A DNA stretch of 64,000 nt from an uncultured delta proteobacterium (GCA_963753975.1 CAVWEH010000001.1:288001-352000); one strand, 5' to 3'. Positions 36,832 to 48,923 are shown, counted from the stretch's first letter. Numbers and translations: made by a program. The notes: a model not told the origin generated them from the sequence alone.

Positions 36832-38175
36832 CTAGTATCCGGTCTTGAAATATTTTTCGGCGATTCCCTGGGCGGCGATGATTCCGGAAATTCCTGCTCC
36901 CACAATTCCGCGGCTTTTGCCGGTGCCGTCACCAGCTACAAAAATACCTTTTACATTTGTTTCCAAATTCCGGTTTGCAGGGAAATGAGTGTCAAAGAAT
37001 TTTATTTCCGGCGCATATATTAACGTTGACGGGTGCAAAATACCGGGCACTATTTTATCCAGCTTCTGGAGCGATTCCCAAAGATTATCCATGATACGAG
37101 CGGGCATACCCAGCGCTATATCCCCCGGTACGGCGTTATATGTTGCCCTGCACACTTCAAAATGGCGGATAGCGCTGTCAAAAGTCGCTGCAGAGCTTCT
37201 TCTTCCTTCCCGGAAATCACCAATCCTTTGTACAATCGGTTTGCCTCCGCCTAAAAGAAAAAATTGCCGGGCGATCATTTGACCGAACTCGGTTGTGTCG
37301 GAAAACGGCTTGGTCAACGCGACAGTATTGATTAGCGCAAAATTTGTATTTTCCGTTTTCTTGCCGGAAAGGGCATCCCCATTGACCAGCTTGAAATCGA
37401 AATAATTTTCCACTCGCACCCGGCCGCCCGGGTTCGTGCAGAACGTTCTGACCTTATCTCCGTGGCGCGAGGTCGTGAAAATAAATTTAGGATCATAAAC
37501 AATATCCGTCATCGGATCGTAAAATTTTCGGTTCAATTCAATCCGGATTCCCACATCGATGGGTCCGAAATTATGTTGGATGTGCAACTCTTCCGCGATA
37601 TCCCGAAACCAGTAAGCGCCGCTGCGTCCCGGGGCAGCCAGTATGAATCCGGCGTTATAACTGATTCGTTTTTTATTGCGGTTGCAGATAAGACGAAAGC
37701 CGCCGCCGTCGAGTTTTTCAATTGAGGATACTTCTGTTTCCAGGAAGAATTCTGTTTTTTTAAGGTAGCCTCTTAAATAATTTACGACGGCTTTTCCGTT
37801 GTCGGTTCCCCAATGCCACTGCTCCGGCGCAATAAATTGAGCGCCGTGCTCGCCGGCGATATTCTTTATAACTTTGATTTTTTCATTTTTGTCAATGAAT
37901 GTTACCTGCTTACAGCGGGGAAATCCGACGAATATTTTTTTAATCTCGCTCATCAATTGCCGGGCTTTATCTTCATCGATTTGCAGTTCATTCAAATCGA
38001 GACCGACGCGGCAGTCGAAGTTAAGTTTGCCGTCGTTTAACAAGCCGCCGGCCGGATATGAGTGTCTATCGATAATGGCGATTTTGTCTATTCCCAAACG
38101 CGTAAGCCAAATCGCCGCGAAAAGTCCGGCTGGTCCGGATCCGATAATTATTACATTATAAGTTTTCATTTTCAT
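36832..38175 (-). CDS. FAD-dependent oxidoreductase
   Basis: IIGSGPAG, APGRSG, VRTFCTNPGG, FVAGDG.G.SRG. Confidence 0.88.
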   Translation of the reverse strand: MKMKTYNVIIIGSGPAGLFAAIWLTRLGIDKIAIIDRHSYPAGGLLNDGKLNFDCRVGLDLNELQIDEDKARQLMSEIKKIFVGFPRCKQVTFIDKNEKIKVIKNIAGEHGAQFIAPEQWHWGTDNGKAVVNYLRGYLKKTEFFLETEVSSIEKLDGGGFRLICNRNKKRISYNAGFILAAPGRSGAYWFRDIAEELHIQHNFGPIDVGIRIELNRKFYDPMTDIVYDPKFIFTTSRHGDKVRTFCTNPGGRVRVENYFDFKLVNGDALSGKKTENTNFALINTVALTKPFSDTTEFGQMIARQFFLLGGGKPIVQRIGDFREGRRSSAATFDSAIRHFEVCRATYNAVPGDIALGMPARIMDNLWESLQKLDKIVPGILHPSTLIYAPEIKFFDTHFPANRNLETNVKGIFVAGDGTGKSRGIVGAGISGIIAAQGIAEKYFKTGY

Positions 38176-38218
38176 AAATTAATCGCATTTAATCGGGGAC
38201 GATTGCACCGGCTCAATA

Positions 38219-38301
38219 ATTGAAGGTCTCCGCGTCAAGCCGCGGAGAATCTTCGATTCTTAAGAAACAATATTATTCGGTATTCGCTCGCTACCGAATT
38301 C
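38219..38301 (+). mobile_element. Shorter copy of the 15972-16078 element (second hairpin absent)
   Basis: ATTGAAGGTCTCCGCGTCAAGCCGCGGAGAATCTTCGATTCTTAAG...GCTCGCTACCGAATTC. Confidence 0.7.
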
Positions 38302-38734
38302 GGTACCTCTTCGAAGCTTAGCAAATGGCGTTTCATAATTCAAGCCTCCATGCCGGAGAAGATGATTATATTCAAATAAAAAGTTGTCAGAGGGTCGTCT
38401 GCGTCCGCCCGGCGAATGCTGGGTATTCCGGGGCCCGTATCTCGTGAAGCACAAAATACCAGGGGCCGGCTCTATTTAATTTTCTTGCCAGTTACGGTTT
38501 TCCAGCCGGTTAGCTTTACAATATCGCCGCTTATCTTCGAAAGTGTTCCATAATCGGATAATTTGCGGCCATTATGTAATTGACATGCAGGGTCGTTTTC
38601 TCTATAGTTCGTTGCCGGAATAAGATCTAGCCGAAATAAAATGTGGACATTTTGAACGAAGAGACAAATATTAACAAAATCCTATCATTGATATTTCTCA
38701 TCGCCAATGCTCCCGGAAATAACAAAAGGTACAC

Positions 38735-40111
38735 GTGCAAGATTTCACCGAAGGCAATATCGGCAGACAGGTTGTTAATTTCAGCACACCGCTAATGTTA
38801 GGCAATCTGCTCTTGTCCGTTTACGGTATCATCAACATGATCTGGGTAGGCCGGCTTCTGGGCCACACAGCCGTGGCTGCAATCTCCGCCAGCCTGCCGA
38901 TCATCATGCTGATGCCGGCATTTCTCATCGGCCTGGCCATGGCCACTAATGTCCTTATCGCCCAGGCTTTCGGCCGCAAGGATACGGCACTCCTCAGAAA
39001 AATCCTGGCGAATTCCTTTTTCGCCTCTATCCTGTTCTGTCTCGTTATCTCCATCATCGCGCTGGTGCTGCGCCGCCAGTTACTCGAATGGGTACATGCG
39101 CCGCAGGAAATTCAGGACATGGCGCTTTCTTATCTGACGATTATGATGGCCGCGCTGGTATTTCAGTTCTTTGTCTACTGGATGACGGCCATGCTGCGCG
39201 GCCTGGGTGACGCCAGAACGGTGGTGAAAATCCTAATCCTGCTCACGGTGTTTAATATTGTTCTTGTGCCGCTCTTCATTCGCGGCATCGGCCCTCTGCC
39301 TCCTCTCGGCGTGGCCGGTGCGGCATGCGGAACGGCGCTGGCTTCCATGCTGACCTGTATCATCGGCTATATCTATCTTGTGCGGCATAATCCTTACATT
39401 AATATGCACAGCTGGGACTATAGTCTGGATTGGCACATCATCCGGGAAGTTTTTGAAATCGGTGTGCCCGCCTCGATGCAGATGCTTGTGGTCTCATTGG
39501 CCGGGGTATTCATTATCTCGCTCGTCAACAGTTACGGTACGGATGTTACCGCGGCCTTCGGCATCGGCATGCAGATCGACCTTTTGGCATCCATTCCGGC
39601 CATGTCCATCGGGATGGCGGCAACCTCCATTGCCGGTCAGAATCTGGGAGCGCAGAAGATGGATCGCGTCTTTCAGACTTTGCGCATGTCGGTGTTTTTC
39701 GGGCTGGCCATTGCCCTTACCTGCACCGCGGTACTGGCGATTTTTCCTGATTACATAGGCGCCATTTTCCTCAAGCAGTCAGCCGAACATGCAAATGTGC
39801 TGAATCTTGTGGCCGAATATTATCATTGGATGGCGTTTATTTTTCCCTGCTTTGCCGTCATATTCGTCATCCAGGGCGTCCTGCGCAGCGCAGGCGACAC
39901 GATGGCCTTGCTGGTTCTCTCGTTTGTCGCTCTGATCATCATCCGCATTCCTCTTGCCTACGTGCTCGCCGGCCCCTTTGGGTTCAAACAGGAGGGCATC
40001 TGGATGGCAATGCTTTTCAGCAGCACTCTGGCCGTAGGGCTAAACTGGCTCTACTACAGGGGTGGCCGGTGGAAGAAAAAGCGGATATTGGAAAAGCAAA
40101 AACCGTTGTGA
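38735..40111 (+). CDS. MATE family efflux transporter
   Basis: DFTEGNI, LRGLGDA, LGVAGAA.GT, GQNLGA, LRSAGDT; about 12 TM. Confidence 0.93.
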   Translation: MQDFTEGNIGRQVVNFSTPLMLGNLLLSVYGIINMIWVGRLLGHTAVAAISASLPIIMLMPAFLIGLAMATNVLIAQAFGRKDTALLRKILANSFFASILFCLVISIIALVLRRQLLEWVHAPQEIQDMALSYLTIMMAALVFQFFVYWMTAMLRGLGDARTVVKILILLTVFNIVLVPLFIRGIGPLPPLGVAGAACGTALASMLTCIIGYIYLVRHNPYINMHSWDYSLDWHIIREVFEIGVPASMQMLVVSLAGVFIISLVNSYGTDVTAAFGIGMQIDLLASIPAMSIGMAATSIAGQNLGAQKMDRVFQTLRMSVFFGLAIALTCTAVLAIFPDYIGAIFLKQSAEHANVLNLVAEYYHWMAFIFPCFAVIFVIQGVLRSAGDTMALLVLSFVALIIIRIPLAYVLAGPFGFKQEGIWMAMLFSSTLAVGLNWLYYRGGRWKKKRILEKQKPL

Positions 40112-40332
40112 AAATCCAATTCTAATGAAACTCAGATATTATCCCGTTCCGGGATGTCGCGTCTTGGAAAATAGCCTTCGGCTCCTTCCGGAGGTGCTCC
40201 ACAAGCGCAGTGCAGTAATATCTGCAAGTTGTAATGAGACCCAAGTTTCAGCGCATCACATTTCTGAAACTTGTTGGTCGAATTATACCGCATAACTGCG
40301 GCAAATTATCCCACGTGCGAAGCTAAGTGGGG
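40106..40332 (+). repeat. Nested GA-mismatch hairpin cluster (outer 40123, inner 40232-40303, 60 bp insert 40141-40200)
   Basis: CAGATATT[60 bp]AC pairs with GTAATATCTG; inner unit splits GTTG/AATTA. Confidence 0.88.
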
Positions 40333-40444
40333 CTCTGCGGAATCTGTTTCCACAGCTTACTTTGGGGTTTATACCTGTGATCCAGTCATCCAGTTCTTGA
40401 CAATAACCGGCTATTGGCTGTACTTTATATCCAAGGGAGGCAAT

Positions 40445-40879
40445 ATGCCGGAAGACCAGGTATCCCGCTATGAAATCAACCGGAACGTGAGGATAGTCCT
40501 CACGCGCCATGATGCGGATCTGACCAGGATTGACTACTCCTGCATGGGCGGTACGGTTTATCTCTATGGCGATCTCGTCCGGCTGGACAAGGACTTTTCC
40601 GTTAAGGAGATCGATTTCATTGTCAGGGAAATTGCCGCCCTGCCCAACGTGCGTGATATCCAATTCGACCTCAATAACTGGTTAGTGGTGTCTTCGGGAG
40701 ATTCCTGGCAGATAACGAAACCAAAAGAATCCGCACTTGCGCGCGCGGCCCGCCAGGCAGGCTCTTTGGAAGATTCCACCGTCGTTATCGATAAGGAAGA
40801 AAAGATAGCGGATGTTCTGGATGATCTTGAGCCGGACTCAAAAAAAGAAGAAGATGACGAACAGACCAATCTCAAATAA
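40445..40879 (+). CDS. Hypothetical protein
   Basis: GGGAGG RBS before ATG 40445; 144 aa with acidic tail. Confidence 0.7.
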   Translation: MPEDQVSRYEINRNVRIVLTRHDADLTRIDYSCMGGTVYLYGDLVRLDKDFSVKEIDFIVREIAALPNVRDIQFDLNNWLVVSSGDSWQITKPKESALARAARQAGSLEDSTVVIDKEEKIADVLDDLEPDSKKEEDDEQTNLK

Positions 40880-41086
40880 AACCATCTCATGGGTCTTGCC
40901 CGCTTGCGCGGGTTCACTGCCGGAATGACAAAGGGGATAAGACTTTCCGGTATGCAATTTTTTTCTTAAGCCGCTTTTGGGGACATATCAACAGCTTCTC
41001 GTAATACGCATTTGACACGCCCGTGAGGAAATTGTAAAATTCGTATGTCCCTGCCAACTACGTTAGCGGGAAAGAATAAGCTGTGC

Positions 41087-41259
41087 TCACTACCCCGCTA
41101 CGCTTCGGGGATAGTTTCCAATAGCCTTTAGTTGTTGGATAATTCGACTAACAAAAGAGTTTCTGTCCCACATGGCTTCGCATGCGGGATAGTTCCACTA
41201 ACGCTTCGAGCTGCACTTCGCTTGCTCTTAGCGGGTGTCACTAAATTTGGGACTCATTA
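41087..41259 (-). repeat. Nested GA-mismatch hairpin cluster
   Basis: Reverse complement TAATGAGTCC..., inner TAGT-GA-CAC...GTG-GA-ACTA, then AGTCGAATTATCCAACAACTAAAGGCTATTGGA. Confidence 0.87.
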
Positions 41260-41269
41260 GAGGTGCTAA

Positions 41270-41872
41270 ATGGAATTGTCAGATGTTATTGCTGCCCGCC
41301 GGAGCATTCGCAAATTCAAACAAAAAGATATTTCGGCTGATACTGTCCGGCTGCTTCTGGATGCGGCGCGGCTTGCCCCTTCGGGATCAAACATCCAGCC
41401 CGCGCGCTTTATTGTCGCCCAATCGCCTGCCGCCAAAGAAGCCCTCGGCGGGTTTACTCCTTACAAGTTTATCATCAAGGCGGCGGTCATTTTTGTCTGC
41501 TGCGCCGACCTGACGGCTATAACAGCAAGGGAGCGGCGTGTCGGAGAACTGTTTAAAGAAGGCGTTTTCGAAGGCGTCGATATTGATATGAATGATCCCG
41601 CAGCTGTAAGCCCCGTGATGGATGCGGAAGCCGTCAGGGCCTATCTTTCCATGAATGTGGCGATTGCTATAGAGCACATCGTTCTTAAAGCCGTTGATCT
41701 GGGTCTGGGCAGTTGCTGGCTGGGAAGATTTGACCGCGATAAGGTAAAGAAGTTTCTGGCACTGGACGAAAGTATCTACCCGGTAGTGCTTCTGCCTGTA
41801 GGGTACCCCGATCAATCACCCAAAGCACGGCCGCGCTTCCCTCTGGACAAATATGTACTGAAGACAATTTAA
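41270..41872 (+). CDS. Nitroreductase family protein
   Basis: RRSIRKF, ARLAPSGSNIQP, GLGSCW, VGYPD. Confidence 0.92.
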   Translation: MELSDVIAARRSIRKFKQKDISADTVRLLLDAARLAPSGSNIQPARFIVAQSPAAKEALGGFTPYKFIIKAAVIFVCCADLTAITARERRVGELFKEGVFEGVDIDMNDPAAVSPVMDAEAVRAYLSMNVAIAIEHIVLKAVDLGLGSCWLGRFDRDKVKKFLALDESIYPVVLLPVGYPDQSPKARPRFPLDKYVLKTI

Positions 41873-41922
41873 GCAAAAACCATTCTTCCAAGTAATCCTA
41901 TCGCCGGGAAACGGGTTATTAC

Positions 41923-42396
41923 TTAATACGCACCACAGCAGATGATCATGTCGTCTACTTTTTTAAAGTAGGTTATCTTGGATTTTTCCTTTTTGGTTGT
42001 TGGATTCAGATAAGTGTAATCTACCCATCCCTCACCTTGCGCTTTGGCTTTCGCGACGATTTCTTTCCTGAATAATTTTCCCTGGCTGTCCGCTTCGTTT
42101 AGCACATTCTTTCCTACCAGTGCAGGACGAAAGGGATGAGCTATCACCGTGCCTTTCAAATCGTAGACAAACACATAGAAGGAATCTTTTACAAATTGCC
42201 CATCCGGTTTATTAAATTCCACGATAGCCGCATCGCGGCCGTTGGCTTGAACAAACTCCTCGGCTTTAATTACCATTGCCTTGGCTTCGGCTTTTGCGCC
42301 GCTCTTCCCACCAGCAGTATCTTTCCCATATACATGCCCGAAAGTTCCCGCCAAAAGTATAACTAAGACAGCAACAAATATTCTTTTGACTTTCAT
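41923..42396 (-). CDS. Exported single Cache-domain protein
   Basis: Signal peptide; YVFVYD..G..IAHP, G.GWVDY...NP......K..Y. Confidence 0.85.
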   Translation of the reverse strand: MKVKRIFVAVLVILLAGTFGHVYGKDTAGGKSGAKAEAKAMVIKAEEFVQANGRDAAIVEFNKPDGQFVKDSFYVFVYDLKGTVIAHPFRPALVGKNVLNEADSQGKLFRKEIVAKAKAQGEGWVDYTYLNPTTKKEKSKITYFKKVDDMIICCGAY

Positions 42397-42656
42397 GGTC
42401 CCCTCCTCAGAAAAGTTAATTGGGTTTCTACATTGTGAAATTATCCCCGATTTTTTACAAGAAACAGTTGGAAAACGCCCTGTAATTAGTTAACTCTTTT
42501 TGTGCAATAAGTAAAGTTAAAGATATATTTTCATTAAGCGATTAAATGACCATCTTTCAACTTTACAATTATTGATGTCCCCTCATTACTTTCCACTGCC
42601 GAATGAATCGGGATCCAGTTTGACAAACAAGACGGGCAACATTAAATTATTGGTTA

Positions 42657-42674
42657 AAGTGATATTTATCACTT
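42657..42674. promoter_or_regulatory. Perfect palindrome, CRP/FNR/Rex-like spacing
   Basis: AAGTGATA-TT-TATCACTT (GTGA-N6-TCAC) in a divergent intergenic region. Confidence 0.45.
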
Positions 42675-42791
42675 GAGCATTGGAATGACAAATGAGGCGA
42701 ATATCCAAGGATAAAAAATCGTCTTTGTGTGGGCAAGGATGCTGAGTTCCGAAGGCAATGGCTTTGATAACAAAGAAAGGAGTCGAATATC

Positions 42792-43112
42792 ATGAGAAAG
42801 ATATTTTTCTTTGCGGTGGTAATGATGACACCTCTTTTAACCATGTGTTCCGGTCCCTATGGACCGATGGGTGGCTGGGATCGAACGGGAAATTATGTGT
42901 GTGGCTTTGGCTATGGATACGGAGGTATGTTTATGGGGATATTGTTTTTAATCATTTTGGGAATAGCGATTTATTTTATCGTTCAATCTACTAAATCAAA
43001 GAATATGTTCGGCGAAGCGCAGGAGACACCTTTGGATATTATAAAAAAGCGTTATGCCAAGGGTGAGATTAGCAAAGAAGAATTTGACCGGATGAAAAAA
43101 GAATTGGAATAA
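42792..43112 (+). CDS. SHOCT-domain membrane protein
   Basis: Gly/Met/Tyr-rich N-terminus, TM helix, PLDIIKKRYAKGEISKEEF. Confidence 0.85.
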   Translation: MRKIFFFAVVMMTPLLTMCSGPYGPMGGWDRTGNYVCGFGYGYGGMFMGILFLIILGIAIYFIVQSTKSKNMFGEAQETPLDIIKKRYAKGEISKEEFDRMKKELE

Positions 43113-43196
43113 GGGGTAGGGTGAGAGCCTTATAAGCAGGGGCATAAATACATTGCAGTAAGCTTTGAAATCGTTTTCCAAAGCTTACTTGGGCGT

Positions 43197-44390
43197 TCAT
43201 ACCCGTGGTTTCTGGTCCGTGATTCCCAGTGATTCGCTGACGATTTCAGCCGGATCGAGGGCAGCCAGGCCGGAGAGTCCGCTCAGTTGCATCCGGCACG
43301 AACCGCAATCCGCGACAATCGCTTCCGCTCCGGTTTTTCTGATGAGCGAGACAGCCCGGTTTCCCAGTTGGACTGCAGTGGACTCATTAGTCTTTTTAAA
43401 ACCATAACTGCCGTTGAGTCCGCAGCAGGTATCATCAAGTATCTTGTATTCCAGTCCGGGGATCATCGCCATAATTTTTGTTGCCGGATAGCCGATGCCC
43501 AGCGCTCTCAGGTGACAGGGTATGTGGTAAGCAAGCTTGCGCCGCACTTCCCCGAATTGCGGATCTATATGTCCTTCATTGATTAGTTTGACGATATATT
43601 CATAGAGGTTGTAGCTGTTTTCGGCGATCTTTTTCCCCTGCGGAATTTCGAGAATACCCGGATAATCATGTAACAGACACAGCCCGCAGGATGTACAGGT
43701 ATAAACAACATCGTAGCCCGCGTCAATGTAGTTGGAAAGCGATGCCGCATTCTTCTGCGCAAAAGAGCGAGCCAGCGCCAGATTCCCGTTACCCAACGCC
43801 GGAAGACCGCAGCACCACTGCGGCGGTAGTACAACGTCTATATTGAACGATGTGAGCAGTTGAATGATTTTTCTGCCGATATCGGGCCGATAAAAATTAA
43901 TGAAGCAGCCGTAAAAAAAAGCGACTTTTCTTGCCGATTTATTCAAATTTTTCTTTTTGCTATGCAGTGTCCGGAAACTGAATTTCGGAAAAGGTATATA
44001 AGTTGCTATGCCCATGGCCCGGAATATCTTTTTCCCGATTGCGGTGGCGGCAATTGTGTTGGCGATAGGCGCGGTTAAAGAACCAAGGGCGCTTAAGTAA
44101 TAGTTATTGGCGAAAAGGAGGTAGGCCAGCGTACGGGGATGCTGAAGACCATATCTTTGCTGCGCCTTAAGAATTATCTGGGCTGGCTCCACTCCGCACG
44201 GGCAAGACATCTCGCAGCGCTTGCACTGACTGCACAGGAGCACCCATTTATCAACGGCTTTTTCTCTTTCCATCCGGAAGCGCTGGGCATCTGGTCCTGA
44301 TTGTTTCGGCCCGGGAAAATCAGGATTGACCCGCAGGACGGGACAATTCTCCACGCAAATAGTACAGCGTATGCAGTGTTCAAAGTTCAT
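43197..44390 (-). CDS. glpC: Anaerobic glycerol-3-phosphate dehydrogenase subunit C
   Basis: CIRCTICVENCP and CSQCKRCEMSCP clusters, FPGPKQSGPD, two CCG domains. Confidence 0.93.
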   Translation of the reverse strand: MNFEHCIRCTICVENCPVLRVNPDFPGPKQSGPDAQRFRMEREKAVDKWVLLCSQCKRCEMSCPCGVEPAQIILKAQQRYGLQHPRTLAYLLFANNYYLSALGSLTAPIANTIAATAIGKKIFRAMGIATYIPFPKFSFRTLHSKKKNLNKSARKVAFFYGCFINFYRPDIGRKIIQLLTSFNIDVVLPPQWCCGLPALGNGNLALARSFAQKNAASLSNYIDAGYDVVYTCTSCGLCLLHDYPGILEIPQGKKIAENSYNLYEYIVKLINEGHIDPQFGEVRRKLAYHIPCHLRALGIGYPATKIMAMIPGLEYKILDDTCCGLNGSYGFKKTNESTAVQLGNRAVSLIRKTGAEAIVADCGSCRMQLSGLSGLAALDPAEIVSESLGITDQKPRV

Positions 44391-45583
44391 CTGATATACT
44401 CCGCGCAGGACTTTGCCGCAGCATCACCTGTTGCCAGCGCCAGGCCGTGCCCGCAGCCGTTTTTCAAAATCTCCGTATTGGCGAGTATCCCTCCACACGC
44501 AAAAATATTTTCCCATTTGGAGCCCGCCGGACGGAAGGATGAATCCACAATTATCCCCGCCCTGCCGATACCGTGATTAAAGGAAAAATAATCATTATCG
44601 AACCAGGTATTCCTCGGGCCGGGGACATGGACGGGAAGATTAAAAACCTTTTCCGTGATTGTTTCCCGCTGTGCCTGAAGCCCGCCGCCGACAAACGATC
44701 CCGTGGCCAGGATAAAAGCCTTGGCATTAAGGCTGTTGGGCCTTCCTGCGGATTCAGTGACAACGGCTTCGATAATCTTACCCGTTTTTTCCACACCGAC
44801 AACCGGCCACGCCCAGTAGATGGTTCCGCCCTTTTTCCGGAAATAGTCCTTCAGCGCGTTGAATAATCTTCTGCCGGGCATTGATGGCGGAATGGTGGGG
44901 ATTTCAAAAACGGTCCGCGACAGTCTCTCTTCTATTTTTTTGACGATTTTCGCGGCTGATTCCAAGCCCAAAACGGCGGGAAAAGCGATTTTGCCTTCGC
45001 GAATGTTTTGTTGCATAAGCCAGAGGATGAATGCTTCCAAAAAATCTTCCCGCTCGAAATTTGCCGCAATGCCCATGGTTGTGGAAACGCCGGCATCGTA
45101 TGTCGAAAAAGAGGCGTTCTTCCGCCGGGAAATTATGTAGCTGGGGTAAAAATCTTTGAGCCCACTGAATGTAATAATGTGTATTTCGTCATCAGCGTCC
45201 TGGGGCGCTGCCTGCATAGTTACGGGAACCATGCAAGTAGTCTTGTAAGTTCCCAGAGCCGAAAGAATGCGGCGGTTTTCTTCCAGTGCACCGATATAGG
45301 GAATACCCATATCGTTCATAGCATTGGCGAAATTATCCAGCGCCTCCCGGATAGCTACCCGGGAGATAAGGTGAAAAGGGTGTTCCTCCGGAAGATGAGT
45401 CACCCCGTGCAGAGGATTATGATCACGGGAACATACATCTATACAGCCGGTAGAAAGACACGCCGTGGGTTCTCCGGTGGTAACAACGGCAACTTTAAGG
45501 CCGCGCTCGGCAAGCCTCGTGCCCGCGGTAAGTCCGGCTACTCCCGCACCGATAATGATAACATCGTATTCAATCACGCTCAC
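44387..45583 (-). CDS. glpB: Anaerobic glycerol-3-phosphate dehydrogenase subunit B
   Basis: GAGVAG, FPAVLG, EIPTIPPSMPG.RL, LATGSF..GGL; GTG start overlaps the glpA stop. Confidence 0.92.
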   Translation of the reverse strand: MSVIEYDVIIIGAGVAGLTAGTRLAERGLKVAVVTTGEPTACLSTGCIDVCSRDHNPLHGVTHLPEEHPFHLISRVAIREALDNFANAMNDMGIPYIGALEENRRILSALGTYKTTCMVPVTMQAAPQDADDEIHIITFSGLKDFYPSYIISRRKNASFSTYDAGVSTTMGIAANFEREDFLEAFILWLMQQNIREGKIAFPAVLGLESAAKIVKKIEERLSRTVFEIPTIPPSMPGRRLFNALKDYFRKKGGTIYWAWPVVGVEKTGKIIEAVVTESAGRPNSLNAKAFILATGSFVGGGLQAQRETITEKVFNLPVHVPGPRNTWFDNDYFSFNHGIGRAGIIVDSSFRPAGSKWENIFACGGILANTEILKNGCGHGLALATGDAAAKSCAEYIR

Positions 45584-47082
45584 TGCGGTCTCTCCATGGC
45601 TAGTATACCCAGATAGATGTATTCGACAAGCTGTTCTTCGCGCAACTGATCGCCCCAAAGGCAATATCTGATACCGTGAAACCGGCGCTGAAGAAAATCC
45701 CGCAGGGCCGACATGGATTGCTCCGGTGAGATGATACTTTTTTCATGCATGATTCCCAGCGCACGAAAAGTGCAAAACCCACCCTGACACGGTCCCATGC
45801 CCAAGCGTGTCCGGTGCTGAATGTCGCCGACATATCGTGTTCCTGTTTGGCTGATTATCCGCTCCACTTCTTTTCTCGAGACAAGTTCGCATTCACAGAC
45901 AATATTTTTCATATCGGCGAGCCGCTTGGCCAGAGGATAGCCGCTAAGTTCTTCCTGTCCGTCCAGAGGTATTTGAGCCGTTTCACATGCTCTCTTTAAG
46001 TTAAATGAATCCATTATGGTATCGACCATCTTTTCCGCCATGAGCCGGAAAGTGGTGAGCTTTCCTCCCACGATACTGTACATGCCGTTATTATGATTGA
46101 TGATTTGAAAACCACGGGAGATTTCGCGGCTGTCCGATTTTTGGGATTTGAGCAGAGGGCGGACACCGGAAAAAGCACGGATGATACGCGTATTGTTGAA
46201 ATGAGGAATCATTCGTCCCGCCTCGCTGATAATGGTATCAACTTCAGTGGATTCGATTTTGCTTTTATCCGGATCTTCGACCAGCAGCGATGTTGTCCCG
46301 GCCAGGCAGACAGCTTCGTTGGGTACGACGATATCGCCGTCGGAAGGCGGACGGAGCCTGTTGATTACCATATTGGTCAGGCGGTGATTGGTGATTACAA
46401 TACTTCCTTTAGATAGAGTAAGCGGCACTTCATTTCCGGCAAGAGAGGCAACCAGATGAGACCATGCTCCGGTAGCATTGACAAGGACGTTGCCGCGGAT
46501 TTCTCGAATTTCACCGGTGACCTGATCGGTAGCTTTAACGCCGATACAGCGTCCATGCGATTTGATGATTTCCGTTACCTTGTGGCGAATAAAGATGATG
46601 CCGTCTCTTAGCTGCGACGTCGTAATATTGAGCATGCACAGGCGAAAAGGATCGATAGAACAATCGGGAACTTTGATTGCCTCTTCGATTTCCGGATTCA
46701 GGTTGGGAACCAAATCGAGAGCTTTGGTCGAGGAAATGACTTCCGCGGGAATGCCTATTTCTTCACAGCTGCGCAGGAACCGTTCGCGATAAAGTTTGGA
46801 ATCGCCGGGAAGACGCACAAAAAGGCCTCCCGTCTGCTCGACGCATTTTTCACCGATCTTTCTCAAGATGATGTTTTCATCGTAGCACTCCTTGGCCGCT
46901 ATCGGATCGGAGACCACGTAACGGCTCCCGCTGTGCAGGAGGCCGTGGCAGGCGCCGGTAGCTCCCGCCGCGAAGTCTCCCTTTTCTACGAGACAATGAG
47001 GAATACCGCGCAGAGCCAGATCCCTGGCGATACCGCAGCCGGTGGCACCCCCGCCGATGATGATGACATCAGTTTTAATCAT
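45580..47082 (-). CDS. glpA: Anaerobic glycerol-3-phosphate dehydrogenase subunit A
   Basis: GGGATGCGIARDL, HGLLHSG.RY, GGKLTT.R.MAE, CECE...RTRLGMGPCQG. Confidence 0.94.
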   Translation of the reverse strand: MIKTDVIIIGGGATGCGIARDLALRGIPHCLVEKGDFAAGATGACHGLLHSGSRYVVSDPIAAKECYDENIILRKIGEKCVEQTGGLFVRLPGDSKLYRERFLRSCEEIGIPAEVISSTKALDLVPNLNPEIEEAIKVPDCSIDPFRLCMLNITTSQLRDGIIFIRHKVTEIIKSHGRCIGVKATDQVTGEIREIRGNVLVNATGAWSHLVASLAGNEVPLTLSKGSIVITNHRLTNMVINRLRPPSDGDIVVPNEAVCLAGTTSLLVEDPDKSKIESTEVDTIISEAGRMIPHFNNTRIIRAFSGVRPLLKSQKSDSREISRGFQIINHNNGMYSIVGGKLTTFRLMAEKMVDTIMDSFNLKRACETAQIPLDGQEELSGYPLAKRLADMKNIVCECELVSRKEVERIISQTGTRYVGDIQHRTRLGMGPCQGGFCTFRALGIMHEKSIISPEQSMSALRDFLQRRFHGIRYCLWGDQLREEQLVEYIYLGILAMERPQ

Positions 47083-47088
47083 GTTGTT

Positions 47089-48589
<1,501 letters not shown>

Positions 48590-48870
48590 ATTCGCACCCC
48601 TAATATTAGATTAACTATAGATGCTTTTATTAAGATTAGTATTACATAATGTTCCGTATTTGCAAATGAAAAATGTTTCCGGAATTACTTTTTTTATGCG
48701 CGCAGTAATTTCAAAACATCAATTTTGTAAATTAACCTCATACCCCTTTGATTGCCCTATAGCACGTTTGGAATTCATCCTCAAGTAAGGCTAAGAAAAA
48801 AACAATATTTAATTTTTTTGCCTTTTGAAAGGGCTAAAATTTCCTTGACAAATAATAAATATTCTATAAT

Positions 48871-48905
48871 CTGAATAATCATTCAATATTTGAATGATTA
48901 TTCAG
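48871..48905. promoter_or_regulatory. TetR-type operator next to promoter
   Basis: Perfect 16 bp inverted repeat CTGAATAATCATTCAA-TAT-TTGAATGATTATTCAG; TTGACA at 48845. Confidence 0.8.
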
Positions 48906-48923
48906 AACAGAAGGGCTCAGTTA

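Noticed and set aside
40271..40444. N-terminal extension of the 40271-40879 ORF
   Set aside because: It starts inside a repeat unit; a strong RBS points to ATG 40445
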